A DNA stretch of 64,000 nucleotides from Mobula hypostoma. Its lineage: Eukaryota. The position numbers were made by a program, and so were the translations under genes. Positions 39,864 through 51,749 of this stretch are shown one piece after another. Numbering within the stretch: position 1 is the first letter of the stretch; every line of letters starts with the position of its first letter. The stretch covers positions 248,436,001 to 248,500,000 of the forward strand of contig NC_086097.1 in assembly GCF_963921235.1 (NCBI RefSeq), given 5' to 3'. The notes beneath the pieces are model-generated. The model did no database searches and was not told the origin of the DNA. It was given only the letters and a program-made list of their open reading frames with translations.

Positions 39864-39985
39864 CTGTGCACGCCCAAGCTGGGCGGACGGCGCTCGGTGC
39901 GGCCTCGGGAACGGGCTCAGCGCTTCGCCACGTCCCACCCGTCAGCGGCCGCCATGTTGGTGAGGGCGGCAAGCATGCGCAGTGG
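39864..39985 (-). promoter_or_regulatory. C7orf25: Probable C7orf25 promoter and non-coding first exon
   Basis: CpG-rich patch with NRF1-like TGCGCATGC (39973-39981), YY1-like AACATGGCGGC and a strong donor CAG|gtaacc at 39864/39863, followed on the - strand by a G-rich intron start. Splicing to 32379 is inferred. Confidence 0.7.
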
Positions 39986-40389
39986 CTGGATGCCGGGACA
40001 GCGGTGGTGGGGGGGGGGGTTGAAGGCTCAGGCTCAGTGCTTTGGGCAGCGATGGCGGTGAGGGGGAGCGGATAAGGGGTGATAGGCAGAGGGCAAAGAG
40101 TGGGAGTGCGCAGTTCTGGTCGTCTTATTACAAGAAGGATGTAGAAGCTGTAGTGAAGGTGCAGAGGATGATACCTGGATTAGAGAGCATGTTTTATCAG
40201 GGTGAGTTGAGGGAGCTAGGGCTTTCCTCTTTGGAGCAAAGGAGAATGACAGGTGACTTGATCGAGTGGACAGTCAGAGGCTTAACAGGGAGTCAAAAAT
40301 ATTTCATAGAACATAGAATAGTACAGCACATTATGGGCCCTTCGGCCCACAATGTTGTACCGACCCTCAAACCCTGCCTCCCATATAAG

Positions 40390-40509
40390 CAACACATCAA
40401 AGTTGCTGGTGAACGCAGCAGGCCAGGCAGCATCTCTAGGAAGAGGTACAGTCGACGTTTCAGGCCGAGACCCTTCGTCAGGACTAACTGAAGGAAGAGT
40501 GAGTAAGGG
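40390..40509 (-). mobile_element. 120-bp Penelope-derived element
   Basis: 7-bp TSD atataag (40383-40389, 40510-40516); absent at the paralogous site near 60962-60968. Confidence 0.85.
40449..40485 (-). ncRNA. Minimal type I hammerhead ribozyme motif (PLE-type), intact core
   Basis: Minus strand AGUC-CUGACGA-AGG(GUCUCGG)CCU-GAAA-C-GUC^GACU: helix I AGUC/GACU, helix II AGG/CCU, palindromic ACGU helix III; predicted cleavage between 40454 and 40453. Confidence 0.75.
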
Positions 40510-42109
40510 ATATAAGCCCCCACCTTAAATTCCTCCATACACCTGTCTAGTAGTCTCTTAAACTTCACTAGTGTATCTGCCTCCACCACTGACCCAGGCA
40601 GTGCATTCCACACACCAACCACTCTCTGAGTAAAAAACCTTCCTCTAATATCCCCCTTGAACTTCCCACCCCTTACCTTAAAGCCATGTCCTCTTGTATT
40701 GAGCAGTGGTGCCCTGGGAAAGAGGCGCTGGCTATCCACTCTATTTATTCCTTTTATTAGCTTGTACACCTCTATCATGTCTACTTTCATCCTCCTTCTC
40801 TCCAAAGAGTAAAGCCCTATCTAAAATGTTTTTGCATTTTTAAAATCTATTCAATATACCTATACTGTAATTGATTTACAGTACTTGTTTATTATTATTT
40901 TTATTTTATTATTTTTTTCTTCTCTTCTACATTATGTATTGCATTGAACTGCTGCTGCTAAGTTAACAAATTTCACACCACATACCGGTAATAATAAACC
41001 TGATTCTGAAGTAAAAAAAAGATAGAAAACACAAGGGCAATGCAACCTTTTGTTTATTAAAAATAATTAATTATAGACAAGAAATTACTGGGATTCATCA
41101 TTTTATTGAATAGTTTATCAGTTTGAACTCGTCAGTTTTATGGGGAAAAATAAGATACTGCTAAAAAAAAAATACGTCAAATGAAATATTCAAACAAAAT
41201 CATATTTTCACCCCAAATCTCTAAACGGTGCGGGATTAAAACAATAATTCAAAGTTATTTATACATATTCAATAAATAGAGATTCCAATACAAATCACAC
41301 TTCATCCAGAAATCTCAAATTCAATCCAGTCACTTGCTGAAAACACTTATACACAATCTGACTCTGTAAAAACAAGGGAATTTCTTAAAAATAGCCAAAT
41401 CCAAAAGTAATCACTCCTGAACAAAAGTGATTTAAAACCACATATATAATTCAAATTCCCTTACCCATGATTTTCCACATCCTTATATAGGCCATTGTTA
41501 CAAATAAAACTAATCCAAAATCAAAACAAAATAAATACCATTAGCCTGCGACCACTACAGGCTTGTTATACTTGCATGATGCACCATCAGCTCCAATGAA
41601 ATAATTGTTCCAGAGAGTCAGAACCCCTATTAGCAATTAGCAAACACACAATCTTGAAGTGATCAGCAAAGATTTGACCTCTGCTAGTCGCAAGCCACAA
41701 ACTGCCACAAAATAAAGCAATACATAATTTACTCCCTTCGCTTTTACCACGCCCCCACTAATGTGACTCGTTACCATAATAAACCCTGCAGCACAGAATA
41801 CGAAGCAGGCAGAGGACAGACATGGCTCCTACACAAGTCCAAAGATCAGATCATCCACAGTTTGGACCACTGAATTGAGCAAGGTTTAGTAACCAAGTCT
41901 AACGTGTTCTTATGAGCACATTTTGACTTCTGTTCCTAATGTGGAAGTATTTGGGAGTTTGATATATATTGGCACAACTTTATCTAATTATAAATACTTC
42001 TTGGTTGCATTTTGATATGGTTATTGCTGAAATTGAAATCCATCTGCACGTCCCATTATTTTTATACCAGAAAACACAAAGGCCCATCACCTTAACCAAA
42101 GGAAGAACA

Positions 42110-43356
42110 AAACCAAGAGAAAATCTGCAGATGTTGGAAATCAAAGTAAAACACACAAAATGCTGGAAGAACTCAGCAGGCCAGGCAGCATCTATGGAAA
42201 AGTGTAAACATTTTGTGCTGAGATTCTTCATCAGGACTGGCAAAAGAGATGAGAAGTGCGAGTGAGAAGATTGGGAGAGAGGAGCAGGAAGCACAAGGTG
42301 ATAGGTGAAACTGGGAGGGGGAGGGGTGAAATCAAGAGCTGGAGGTCGACTGGTGGAAGAGATAAAGGTCTACAGGAGGAATTTGATAGGAAAGGATAGA
42401 AGGCCGTGGAAGAAAGGGAAGAGGGAGGAGCATCAGTGGGAGGCGATGGGCAGGTAAGGAGATAAGGTGAGAGAGGGAAATGGGGAATGGAGAAGGAGAG
42501 GGTAATGACTGGAAGTTCGAGAAATCAATGTTCATGTCATCAGATTGGAGACTATCGAGATGGGAAACAAGGTGTTACTCCTCCATCCTGACTGCAGCCT
42601 CATCATGGCAGTAGGACAGGCCATGGACTCCCAGGACTGTCAGAATGGGAATGGGAATTACTTCATTTAGGTACTTATCATATTTTTAGGTGGTACACTT
42701 GCCCATACACCTCCTCTCTCTCTCCGCTATTCAGGGCCCAAACAGTCCTTCCAGGTGAGGCAACACTTCACCTGTGAGTCTGCTGGGGTCATCTGTTGTG
42801 CTCCTGATGAGGCCTCCTCTACATTGGTCAGACCCGAGGTAAATTGGGAGGATGCTTCATCAAGCACCTCCTCATCATTCGTGACAAGTGGAACTTCCCA
42901 GTGGCCAAACATTTTACTTCCCATTCCCATTCCGATGTCAATTTATGGCCTTCTTTTGTGCCAAGAAGAGGCCACCCTCAAGGTGGAGGAACAGCACCTC
43001 ATATTCTGTCCGGGTACCCTCCAACCTGATGGCATAAATTTTGATTTCGCCTTCCGGTGAACAAAATTTCCCCCTCTTTCCTCTATTCCACACTCTGACC
43101 TTCTCACCTGCCTATTACTTCCCCCGGGATGCACCCCCCTTCCCTTTCTCCTATTGTCCACTCTCCTCTCCTATCAAGTTCTTTCTTCTCCTGTCCTTGA
43201 CCTTTCCCACCCACCTAGATTCACCAATTGCCTTCCAGCTAGTTGCCTTCCCCTCTTCCCACCTTTTCGTTCTAGCTTTTCCCCCCTTCTCAGTCCAAAA
43301 TCTCGACTGATTCTTTCCTATAGATGTTGCCTGACCTGCTGAGTTTTGTGTGTGTT
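42110..43356. mobile_element. Penelope-like element relic: GIY-YIG C-terminus plus inverted pseudo-LTR
   Basis: RQHFTCESAGVICC...PVAKHF...LKVEEQHLIFCPGTLQPDGINFDF (42755..43060); an inverted copy of the 3' end at about 42110-42650; paralogue at about 62560-63833. Confidence 0.8.
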
Positions 43357-44036
43357 ATTTATAGTGCTGTGTAAGAAAACCAAATATTGGAAATTAAGAG
43401 GAATGAACAGCACGAGCTCACTGACAAGACTATAAAACAAAGGGGTAGAATTAGCCCACTTGGCACATTGAGTCTGTTCGTGGCTGATTGAAATGAAAAG
43501 TACACGCATTGAACTGAAACGTATACACGTAGTATTAACCAGTATTTCCATTCAACGTGATCAGTGAAAGTCAGAATATTTCCATAAAAAGAGAAGAGCT
43601 GCTAGATGACAACAAGGCAAGATTACGTTGCTTACCTTTTACTTGCATTGAGTTGCCATCTCGTAATAATGTTTCTATAGGTTCGCCTGCCAATCTCATG
43701 AATTTACACAAGTTTAAACCCATAGTGGTGAACAGCTTTTAAGAAAGGTTTCAATCAAAGGTTCCTGGAACAATTCACTACCTGCTGAAGCAAGCCATGA
43801 TTCTCTAGTTAAAACCTACTTAAAACGTGAGTGCCTTATGATGCTTCCAGACCTCGAATATTCAAATGAATTTGATGGTTAAAATGGTGTAGGCTAAACC
43901 ATTTGGCATCATTGTATATGATGGGCTTCCTTCAAGTAAATGGAATATTTCCAGTCTGCAAGACCCATAAACAGAAAGCCCAGTTATGTTTAAGGTACAG
44001 TGTTAGATTAATTACTAGGCTGATACTTTTGAATGA

Positions 44037-44650
44037 ACAATAGGACATCAAAGAGTACAGCACAGGAATAGACATTTCGCCCACAATGTTATGCCGAACC
44101 AGCTAAAAAGCAAATCAAAACACACAAACACTAATTCCTCCTACCTACAGCATATCCATATCTTCCATCTTCCTTACATCCAGGTGCCTATCCAAATGTC
44201 TCTTAAAAACTTCCTTTGCCTCTACCACCGTTCCGGGCAGCGCATTCCAGGCATCCACCACTCTGAGTGAAAAAGCTTACCCCACACATACCCCTCGAAC
44301 CTATCCCCTCACCTTGAATGCATGCCCTTTGGTATTTGACATTTCAACCCTGGGAAACGGATATTCTCTGTCCACTCTTTCTATCCTATCTCATAATCTT
44401 ATAAACCTCTGTCAGATCTCCCCTTGGTCTCCACCGCTCCAGAGAAAACAACCCAGGTTTATCCAGCCTCTTGTGTTAGCACATGCCCTCTAATGTGGGC
44501 AGCATCCTGGTAAACCTCTTCTGCACCCTCTCCAAAGCCTCAACATCCTTCCTATAGTGGGGCAACCAGAAGTGTATACTACACTCCAAGCGTGGCCTAA
44601 TCCGAGTTTTATAAAGTTGCGTCATAACCTCTTCATTTTTTCCCTCAATG
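44037..44650 (-). mobile_element. CR1 3' fragment
   Basis: RPRLECSIHFWLPHYRKDVEALERVQKRFTRMLP in ORF 44476..44793. Confidence 0.8.
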
Positions 44651-45109
44651 CTCAACTCGACGGTGGTGTCTGAAAAGAGGATGCTGTCCAAGTTGCATGC
44701 CATCTTGGACAATGTCTTCCATCCACTACATAATGTACTGGTTGGGTACAGGAGTACATTCAGCCGGAGACTCATTCCTCCGAGATGCAACACAGAGCGT
44801 CATAGGAAGTCATTCCTGCCTGTGGCCATCAAACTTTACAACTCCTCCCTTGCAGGGTCAGACACCCTGAGACAATAGGCTGGTCCTGAACTTATTTCCT
44901 GAAATAATTTACATATTACTATTAGCTCCCTTGCATCCAGTTGCATATTTTTCCAGTTTGTGGCTTTTTGGTTACACAGTAAATAATGCAGTGGCATGCT
45001 CCGATTTTATATTATCCAAATAAACCTCTCCATTTTGGTTATCAAATGTGAGCACAGAGGACAACGATTTAGACAATAGATAATAGGTGTAGCAGTAGGG
45101 CCTTTCTAT

Positions 45110-45722
45110 TCAAGCACATATCAACCTCCGTTTTAAATATAGCCAACTGTGCCAATGAATTGCTCAGAATCATCACCCTCTTCTGCACCCTGTCCAATGT
45201 ATCACTGTTACAGTGGGTCAACGGCAATGACAGATTCATCCAAGAGGAGCTGGCCAAAGTTGATGGGAATGGGACACTAGCCAGAATGACAGCAGAGCAG
45301 CAATGACTGGAGTTTTTGGGGCAACTTAGAAGGTGGAGGGCAGATGCATCCCAAAGATGAAGTATTCTAAAGGGAGGATGAGGCAAGCGTGGCTGAGAAG
45401 GGAAGTCAGAGACGGCATAGAATGAAAGAGGAGGGCATAGAGTAGTAGCAGAAACGAGAGGGAAGTTGAATGATTGGGAAGCTTTCCAAACCAACAAAAG
45501 CCAGTGAAAAACAATGAGGAGAGAAAAGATGAAATCTGAAGGTAAGCCAGACAATAATATTAAAGAAGGTGCCAAAAGCTTTTCTTCCAGAGGTAGAAAG
45601 AGTAAAATGAAGGCAGAGTGGACATTAGAGTGCTGGAAATGACACTGGAGAGGTAGTAATGGGAAAAAAGGAATGGTGAACAAACTGAATAAGAATTTTG
45701 CCAGCGAGGGGGGGAAGTGAGT
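45110..45722 (+). repeat. Duplicated block Y (paralogue at 59974-60827), a chimera of CR1 fragments
   Basis: The same idiosyncratic junction (ttctgcaccctgtccaatgtatcactgttacagtggg) occurs in both copies. Confidence 0.9.
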
Positions 45723-45797
45723 GTAATCACTGTTGCCAATGAGAAGCTGAAATGTCGTAGGTAGATAAGTCATCTAGACCAGTTGGTCTACACCCCA

Positions 45798-46935
45798 GTC
45801 AAGTCAAGTCAAATTTATTTATAAAGCAGATTTAGAAACAACCCATGTTGACCAAAGTGCTGTACAAACCATAACAGGTAGCTAAAATCACAAATCAAGA
45901 AACACAGGTAGAAACAACAAGGCACAAAGCTTATAGGCAGAAAATAAACTACACATGAGCCTTGACACAAGCCAAAAATCAGCCACATCAGGACGATTCA
46001 AATGCTCGTGGATAAAGGTAAGTTTTGAGCCTGCACTTAAAAGAGTAAATGGAGGGGGCAGATCTGATAGGGAGGGAAATCCTGTTCCACAGTCTGGGGG
46101 CGACAACAGCAAAGACACGGTCACCCCTGAGCTTAAGTTTAGAGCGCGGGACAGCCAGGAGCCCCAAGTCAGCCGACCTGAGGGAGCTGGAAGTAGAATA
46201 AGGGGTTTTACCGCTGGCCTTTACTACTGCATTAACTTGCTTGTTGAACTTAAAAGCAATATCAAATATCACACCAAGGTTTTTGACATGGGGTTTGAAA
46301 AGGGTGGACAGGTTACCAAGGCTGTTGGCAATCACTTTGATAGAGTCAGGGGGGCCAAATAGGACAACTTCAGATTTGCCTTCATTCAGCTGCGGGAAGT
46401 TTTGTGCCATCCAACACTTTATGTCCTCAAGGCAATTCATGAGGCTGACGAGATTTGACTAGACCTTTGTTTCAAGGGGAGATAAAGCTGTGTGTCATCA
46501 GCATAACACTGGAAGGAAATGTCACATTTTTGGATGATTTGGCCGAGGGGAAGCATGCATATGGAGAAAAGAATGGGACCTGGGATGGAAACTTGTGAGA
46601 ACCCGCAGGAGAAACTAGCTGGAAAAGAAGAAGATTTGCCTATGTTGACGGGGAAGCTTCTATTTATGAGGTAGGATGTGAACCAATTCAAGGTAGTGCC
46701 ATCAACACCAACCCCGCACTGGAGACTGTCTATTAGCATGGCATGATCTGCAGTATCAAATGCTGCGCAGAAGTGAAGAAGAGTTAGGATGGCAGAGTCA
46801 CCTGAGTCGGTAGAGAGGAGGAGATCATTGTACACTTTCAGCAGGGCAGACTCTATGCTATGATAAGCCTTAAAACCTGACTGAAATCTTCCCAAGATGT
46901 TGTTTTGGTGTAGGTAGGGCAGCAATTGACTAATT
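45798..46935 (-). mobile_element. L2 LINE RT/3' fragment
   Basis: FQSGFKAYHSIESALLKV, CYADDTQLY, CLEDIKCWMAQNF, FAVVAPRLWN; (ttgac)n tail. Confidence 0.88.
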
Positions 46936-46944
46936 GACTAATTC

Positions 46945-47592
46945 CAGTCAGAGCAACCCCGACTGGAACCACCGCCTCCCGGACATGGGCACCGGCCCCC
47001 GGCACCATGGACTCCCTCGCCTCTGACTCCGACCTCAGTTCTGGGGCCCTGCAAGCTACAGGCTCCGCCAGCACCAGCTCCAGATCCAGCTCGGACCATG
47101 GTCCCGACCCTCTACAGACCGGAACCCCTCGTACTGCAGCTGGGTCCTACCGCCCGGCCTATTCTACAACCACCATCTTTCCTCCCCGAGACTCCCAACC
47201 TTCCCTCATCGCCCCTCCATTCCTCTGATCTCTCATCCTCCCCTAACCCCCCTCTCCCTCCTGAGAACTCCCACTCTTCACCCTCCTCCGACCCCAGCCA
47301 CAACCCTTGCCGTGTCTTCACCATCCCCTCTGACCTTCCCCTCTCTGAGGCAGAACATTCTGTCCTTAGCAAGGGCCTCACTTTTGTCCCCCTCTGTCCA
47401 CACCTCAGTGAGTTCCATGCCCGCCATGACGCTGAACTCTTCTTCGTCGCCTACGTCTTCGAGCCTACTTCTTTGGCAGAAATCCTGTCCCCCTACTGAT
47501 GACCCCTTCTCCTGTCTTCGACCCTCCTCCTCCTCCTGGACACTCCACCCGGGCCTTCTACCTGCACTCGATCTCTTCATCTTTAACCGTCA
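46945..47592 (+). mobile_element. Penelope-like element, 5' ORF fragment
   Basis: CRVFTIPSDLPLSEAEHSVLSKGLTFVP, i.e. the pre-RT 'LSKGLxF' motif of PLEs. Confidence 0.75.
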
Positions 47593-47649
47593 TAATTGAT
47601 GTTGCATTTCTGTAAGTGCCTGCAAGAAAATTAATCTTAAGGAGAAGTA

Positions 47650-48020
47650 CAGTGCATTGAAATAGTATTCAGTCTGCACAAATACAGTCTTTTCGTGTTT
47701 TACTCTGTCATTTTCTAAATATTTTGAAGTAGAATTTATTGCGCTAATCTACAAAACATTGTGCATCATATCAAATCAAAAGAAAAATTCCAAAGTTTCT
47801 CAATAATTAACTAAAAATTAAAAACAAAATTGTGACTCATGGAAAGTATTCATCCCTTCCTTTGTAATTACCACACTCACTTTCCTCAGGTGCCATTTGT
47901 GATCTCACCAACTCACCTAATTTGTCAATGCAGAACATTGAATTCATAAGAATAAAAACCCCTCACTCTGTGAGGTCCAGCTGTATGATAGACTTAAAAC
48001 AGACCAAACCAAAATGAAGA
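47650..48020 (+). mobile_element. Tc1-like transposon left-end fragment
   Basis: ta-cagtgcattgaaatagtattca TIR-like start, with an internal direct repeat aaagtattca near 47843. Confidence 0.5.
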
Positions 48021-48021
48021 T

Positions 48022-49760
48022 AGCAGCTGCTTTTGATGGGAGGGGTTTTTCACCTTCTGCGGAGATGTGATGGCCGGGAAAGTCAATGGCTGATAACCCA
48101 GCCTGCTGTTTTGCATGGTTAGTAATCAATTTGTGTTGGCTTAAGTGCTCATAAAGTGTGCGGAGATGAGGTTCATGTTTGGATTTGGATGCATTGATGA
48201 CAAGTATGTCATCCAGGTGAACAAAAGGAAAATCTAAGTTTTTAATGCAGAGTCCATCAGCTATTGGAAGACTGTACTGCATTTTTCAGCCCAAACGGCA
48301 TGCGCAGAATCTCAGAAAGGCCAAATGGGATTATCACAGCCATATCTAATCTGTACAGGTCTTTCAGGCCTTTTAACATTCGAAGTGTTTCTATGAGTTC
48401 CCCCGTCATGCTCCTGAACTCCAGGGAATATAGCCCAAGAGCTGCCAAACGTTCCTCATACGGTAACCCTTTCATTCCTGGAATCATTCTTCTGAATCTT
48501 CTCTGAACTCTCTCCAATGTCAGTATATCCTTTCTAAAATAAGGAGCCCAAAACTGCACACAGTACTCCAAGTGTGGTCTCACGAGTGCCTTATAAAGCC
48601 TCAACATCACGTCCCTGATTTTATATTCTATACCTCTAGAAATGAATGCCAACATTGCATTCTCCTTCTTCACCGCTGCCTCATCCTGGAGGTTATCCTT
48701 TAGGGTATCTAAGATGTACCAAGTCCCTTTCTATCTCTGCATTTTGAATTCTCTCCCCATCAAAATAATTGTCAGCCCGTTGATTTCTTCCACCAAAGAG
48801 CGTGAGCGTACACTTTCCAATATTGTATTTCATTTTCTACTTCTGTGCCCACTCCCCTAAACTATCGACGTCTCTCTGCAGGCTCTCTGTTTCCTCAGCA
48901 CTACCCGCTCCTCCGCCTATCTTTGTATCAACAGCAAATTTAGCCACAAATTCATTAATCCCACAGTCCAAATCACTGACACACATCATAAAAAACAGCG
49001 GTCCCAACATTGACCCCGATGTCCCATAGGTTTGGATCCAGCTGCCGTTGGCAAACTCCAACGAATTTCGTCGCTCTTTGCCATCTGATCAATAAGTGAT
49101 ACTGGCAGCACATTGACTTGAGCTCCTGTGTCACACAGGAAACATGGCCCCGAATTTGTGTCTGAAATGAACAGTAGACATCCCTACCAGCTGGAACCCA
49201 CGGTGTTCACAGACCGCTGAGGTCCAGATGTGCTGGCACTGTCAAAGCTACCAGGTGGTTGGAACTTTCCAGTGTCCATACCAAAACAAGCGAGGTAAAA
49301 ACACAGGGCTGGCATTGTCTGTTTCACAGCCACGGGTGCCCTTAAGTTGGGGGCTTGCTGACCGGGCTTATTGAGGTAGAGAAAGCTGAGTGTAGACTCT
49401 CAGCCATATTAGCAAGCTCCCTTTCGTCCTTCACAGGTGTACTTGATCGGGCTCAGCAAACTTGTTTCGGCATTTTCTGCATGAAGAGTTGTTTGAAATT
49501 AAAACAAGGATGGTGATTGCTCAGGAGGGATAGCATGTGATCCATTCGCTCTGATGGCTTAGCGTCACCGTGGCTGGGCGAGGAAAACAACTGTTGCTGC
49601 ACTCAGACTCCAACAGTCCAAAACTCTGTAAATGGTGAGTTTTCAACGATCGGTATTGATCATATCCAGGCAGGTTTTCAAGGAGACTCTTCACACTGGA
49701 GTTAAAATAATCAGGGTTGATCATCTGAGGGTCTTTTGCACAAATGCAACATTTTTTCAT
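48022..49760 (-). mobile_element. Gypsy LTR-retrotransposon relic (gag, protease, RT) interrupted by a CR1 at about 48346-49017
   Basis: gag-like DQYRSLKTHHLQSFGL; protease FLCDTGAQVNVLP (about 49100-49145); RT PFGLSEILRMPFGLKNA and FVHLDDILV. Confidence 0.8.
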
Positions 49761-50302
49761 ATGTTTGTTTTTAATTTTATAAATTATATGATTATATAAT
49801 AGCCCAGTACCCACAAAATCAGTTGTCCTCAGACAACAGATTATCATTTCATTTTGATAAAAAAGTGTCAAAAGGTCATTTAAAATGTATAACATATATT
49901 CCAGATGAAAGAGTAGATTGAAAAAAGTAAAAGAGTAAATTGATTTACTTGTTTATTTACTACTATTTTTACTTTTTTTTTCTCTCTGCTGGATTATGTA
50001 TTGCATTGAACTGCTGCTGCTAAGTTCAGAAATTTCATGTCACATGCCGGTGATAATAAACCTGATTCTGATTTTGAAAACCAGTTATTTCTTTCACCCT
50101 CATCACGTTATTGTAACCCAGCCAATGACAAAGGCTTTTTCTAAATATGGAGATGTTGAGGTGTGACCCCTCCGGGAGAGGAGACATTATGACTCCAGCA
50201 GACACATCATAATGAGATGCATCATCACCATAGGATTTAAATTCTGCTTAGTTGGACAGCTGAGACAGAAGTATACAAGACGGCTATCATGGATTCTCCC
50301 AT

Positions 50303-51749
50303 ATCTACACAGATGGTTCAACATCCAGCGACAGGTCATTCAGGTACCTCTCTTTATGTTCATTAATTTCATGTCGGACAATGAGTGAGGTTTCCTCTCT
50401 TTACAAATTGATAAGAGGAGAATTAGTTGTCCTTTTTTATTATATATTGCATATTTGCTTCTGACTATGTATGATTATGATAATATCTATTTCATCTTTT
50501 GTGTATATTGTTGCTGATGTACATATTTGAGATAATTCTCCCCTTGTCTGCATATATGTTTCCTCTAAATCAATAAAAAGATTAATAAAGAAAAGATTTC
50601 TCATGCTGTGACTCAAAATGTAAATGTTCCTGTCGTTGTCTAGTTTTAAGCCGGTGAATATTTTTCCTCTCTTTTCTTTCATTCCATGATGAAGGGTCTC
50701 AGCCTGAAACGTGGGCTTTACTCTTTGTCTTAGATGCTGCCTGGCCTGCTGAGTTTCTCCAGCATTTTCTGTGTGTTCCTTGAATTTACTTTTTCTTTCT
50801 TCTACTTGAGGGACAAGAGTGCTGGAAACCATGACACATGATTGTGCACAAGACAACACAGATTTGAACCAGAGATGAAGCTGAGAGTGACCTTTACACA
50901 ATTCAAGCCCAAGACAGCAAGTCCCGACTGCATTCAGTACTCCCCAGGTTAGTACCTCTGCATCCCTTCCACCTCACTGTGTTCACTCAATTACCACTCC
51001 CATTCCACCACACAAACTGACAGAGTCATGGAGACTGTGTGAAACCACCTCTCTTATCACAGGACCATTTCCATCCCGTGCATCCTGGGGTCAGAGGGTT
51101 CACTCATCCAGTGCTAAGTTTGTTTTTACATTGACTTATTTCTCATTTTAAAAGTTACCATTTCTGTGTGCTGATGGGTGTTTGTCACCCGACCAGTTCT
51201 GCCCAAAATTATTTGGTCTGATTGTTTCTTGGTGAAATTTGACAATGGGTTCCCTGGTTGGACCTCCACGCCCAGTCATCATGACCCCGCGTCGGTAACA
51301 GGAACCGACCCTGCTCCTGCTCTAGGCTCAGGTCAGCATTGCTCGGAGTTACCGTACTGGCACTGGAGAGGGCCCAGTCCATGTGGTCAATTCTTCCAAA
51401 GGCAGCTGGGGCTCCACCCTGACACCGACTCATTTAATGTGATTAGCAAAAACTGCAGCCCTTTACTTCCACCCTGCCCCTGAAGCATGGGGAATAAATA
51501 TACCAGTAGGGCTGTTTACAAAAGACTTGTTTGGTGTTGTCAAATGCTCTGGTCATGTCTGCTGACCATTAAAACATGCGATTATGGGCATTAAATTAAG
51601 GGAGCAAGCATAAGTTCAACAGATCGTGGAATGAAAAGGTGAGAGAAATTCACCAAAACAGAAAACACTTGCAGTATTTTTGGGGGGTGGGGGTGCAGTG
51701 GAAAGTCCATCATGGCAGTGTCTTTTGATGGTGGGGTGGCAGACCATCT
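50303..51749 (+). repeat. Direct repeat copy A flanking the Tx1 insertion
   Basis: Colinear with 53432-54853 from atctacacagatgg to ggcagaccatct. Confidence 0.93.

Larger units (their letters stand above)
40304..43523 (+). repeat. Segmental duplication copy X (paralogue at 60883-64000)
   Basis: Colinear near-identity across a CR1 fragment, about 1.2 kb of unique AT-rich sequence and a Penelope relic. Confidence 0.95.

Noticed and set aside
49521..49895. 124-aa ORF as a host gene exon
   Set aside because: Resembles Gypsy gag and lies directly upstream of Gypsy protease and RT remnants.
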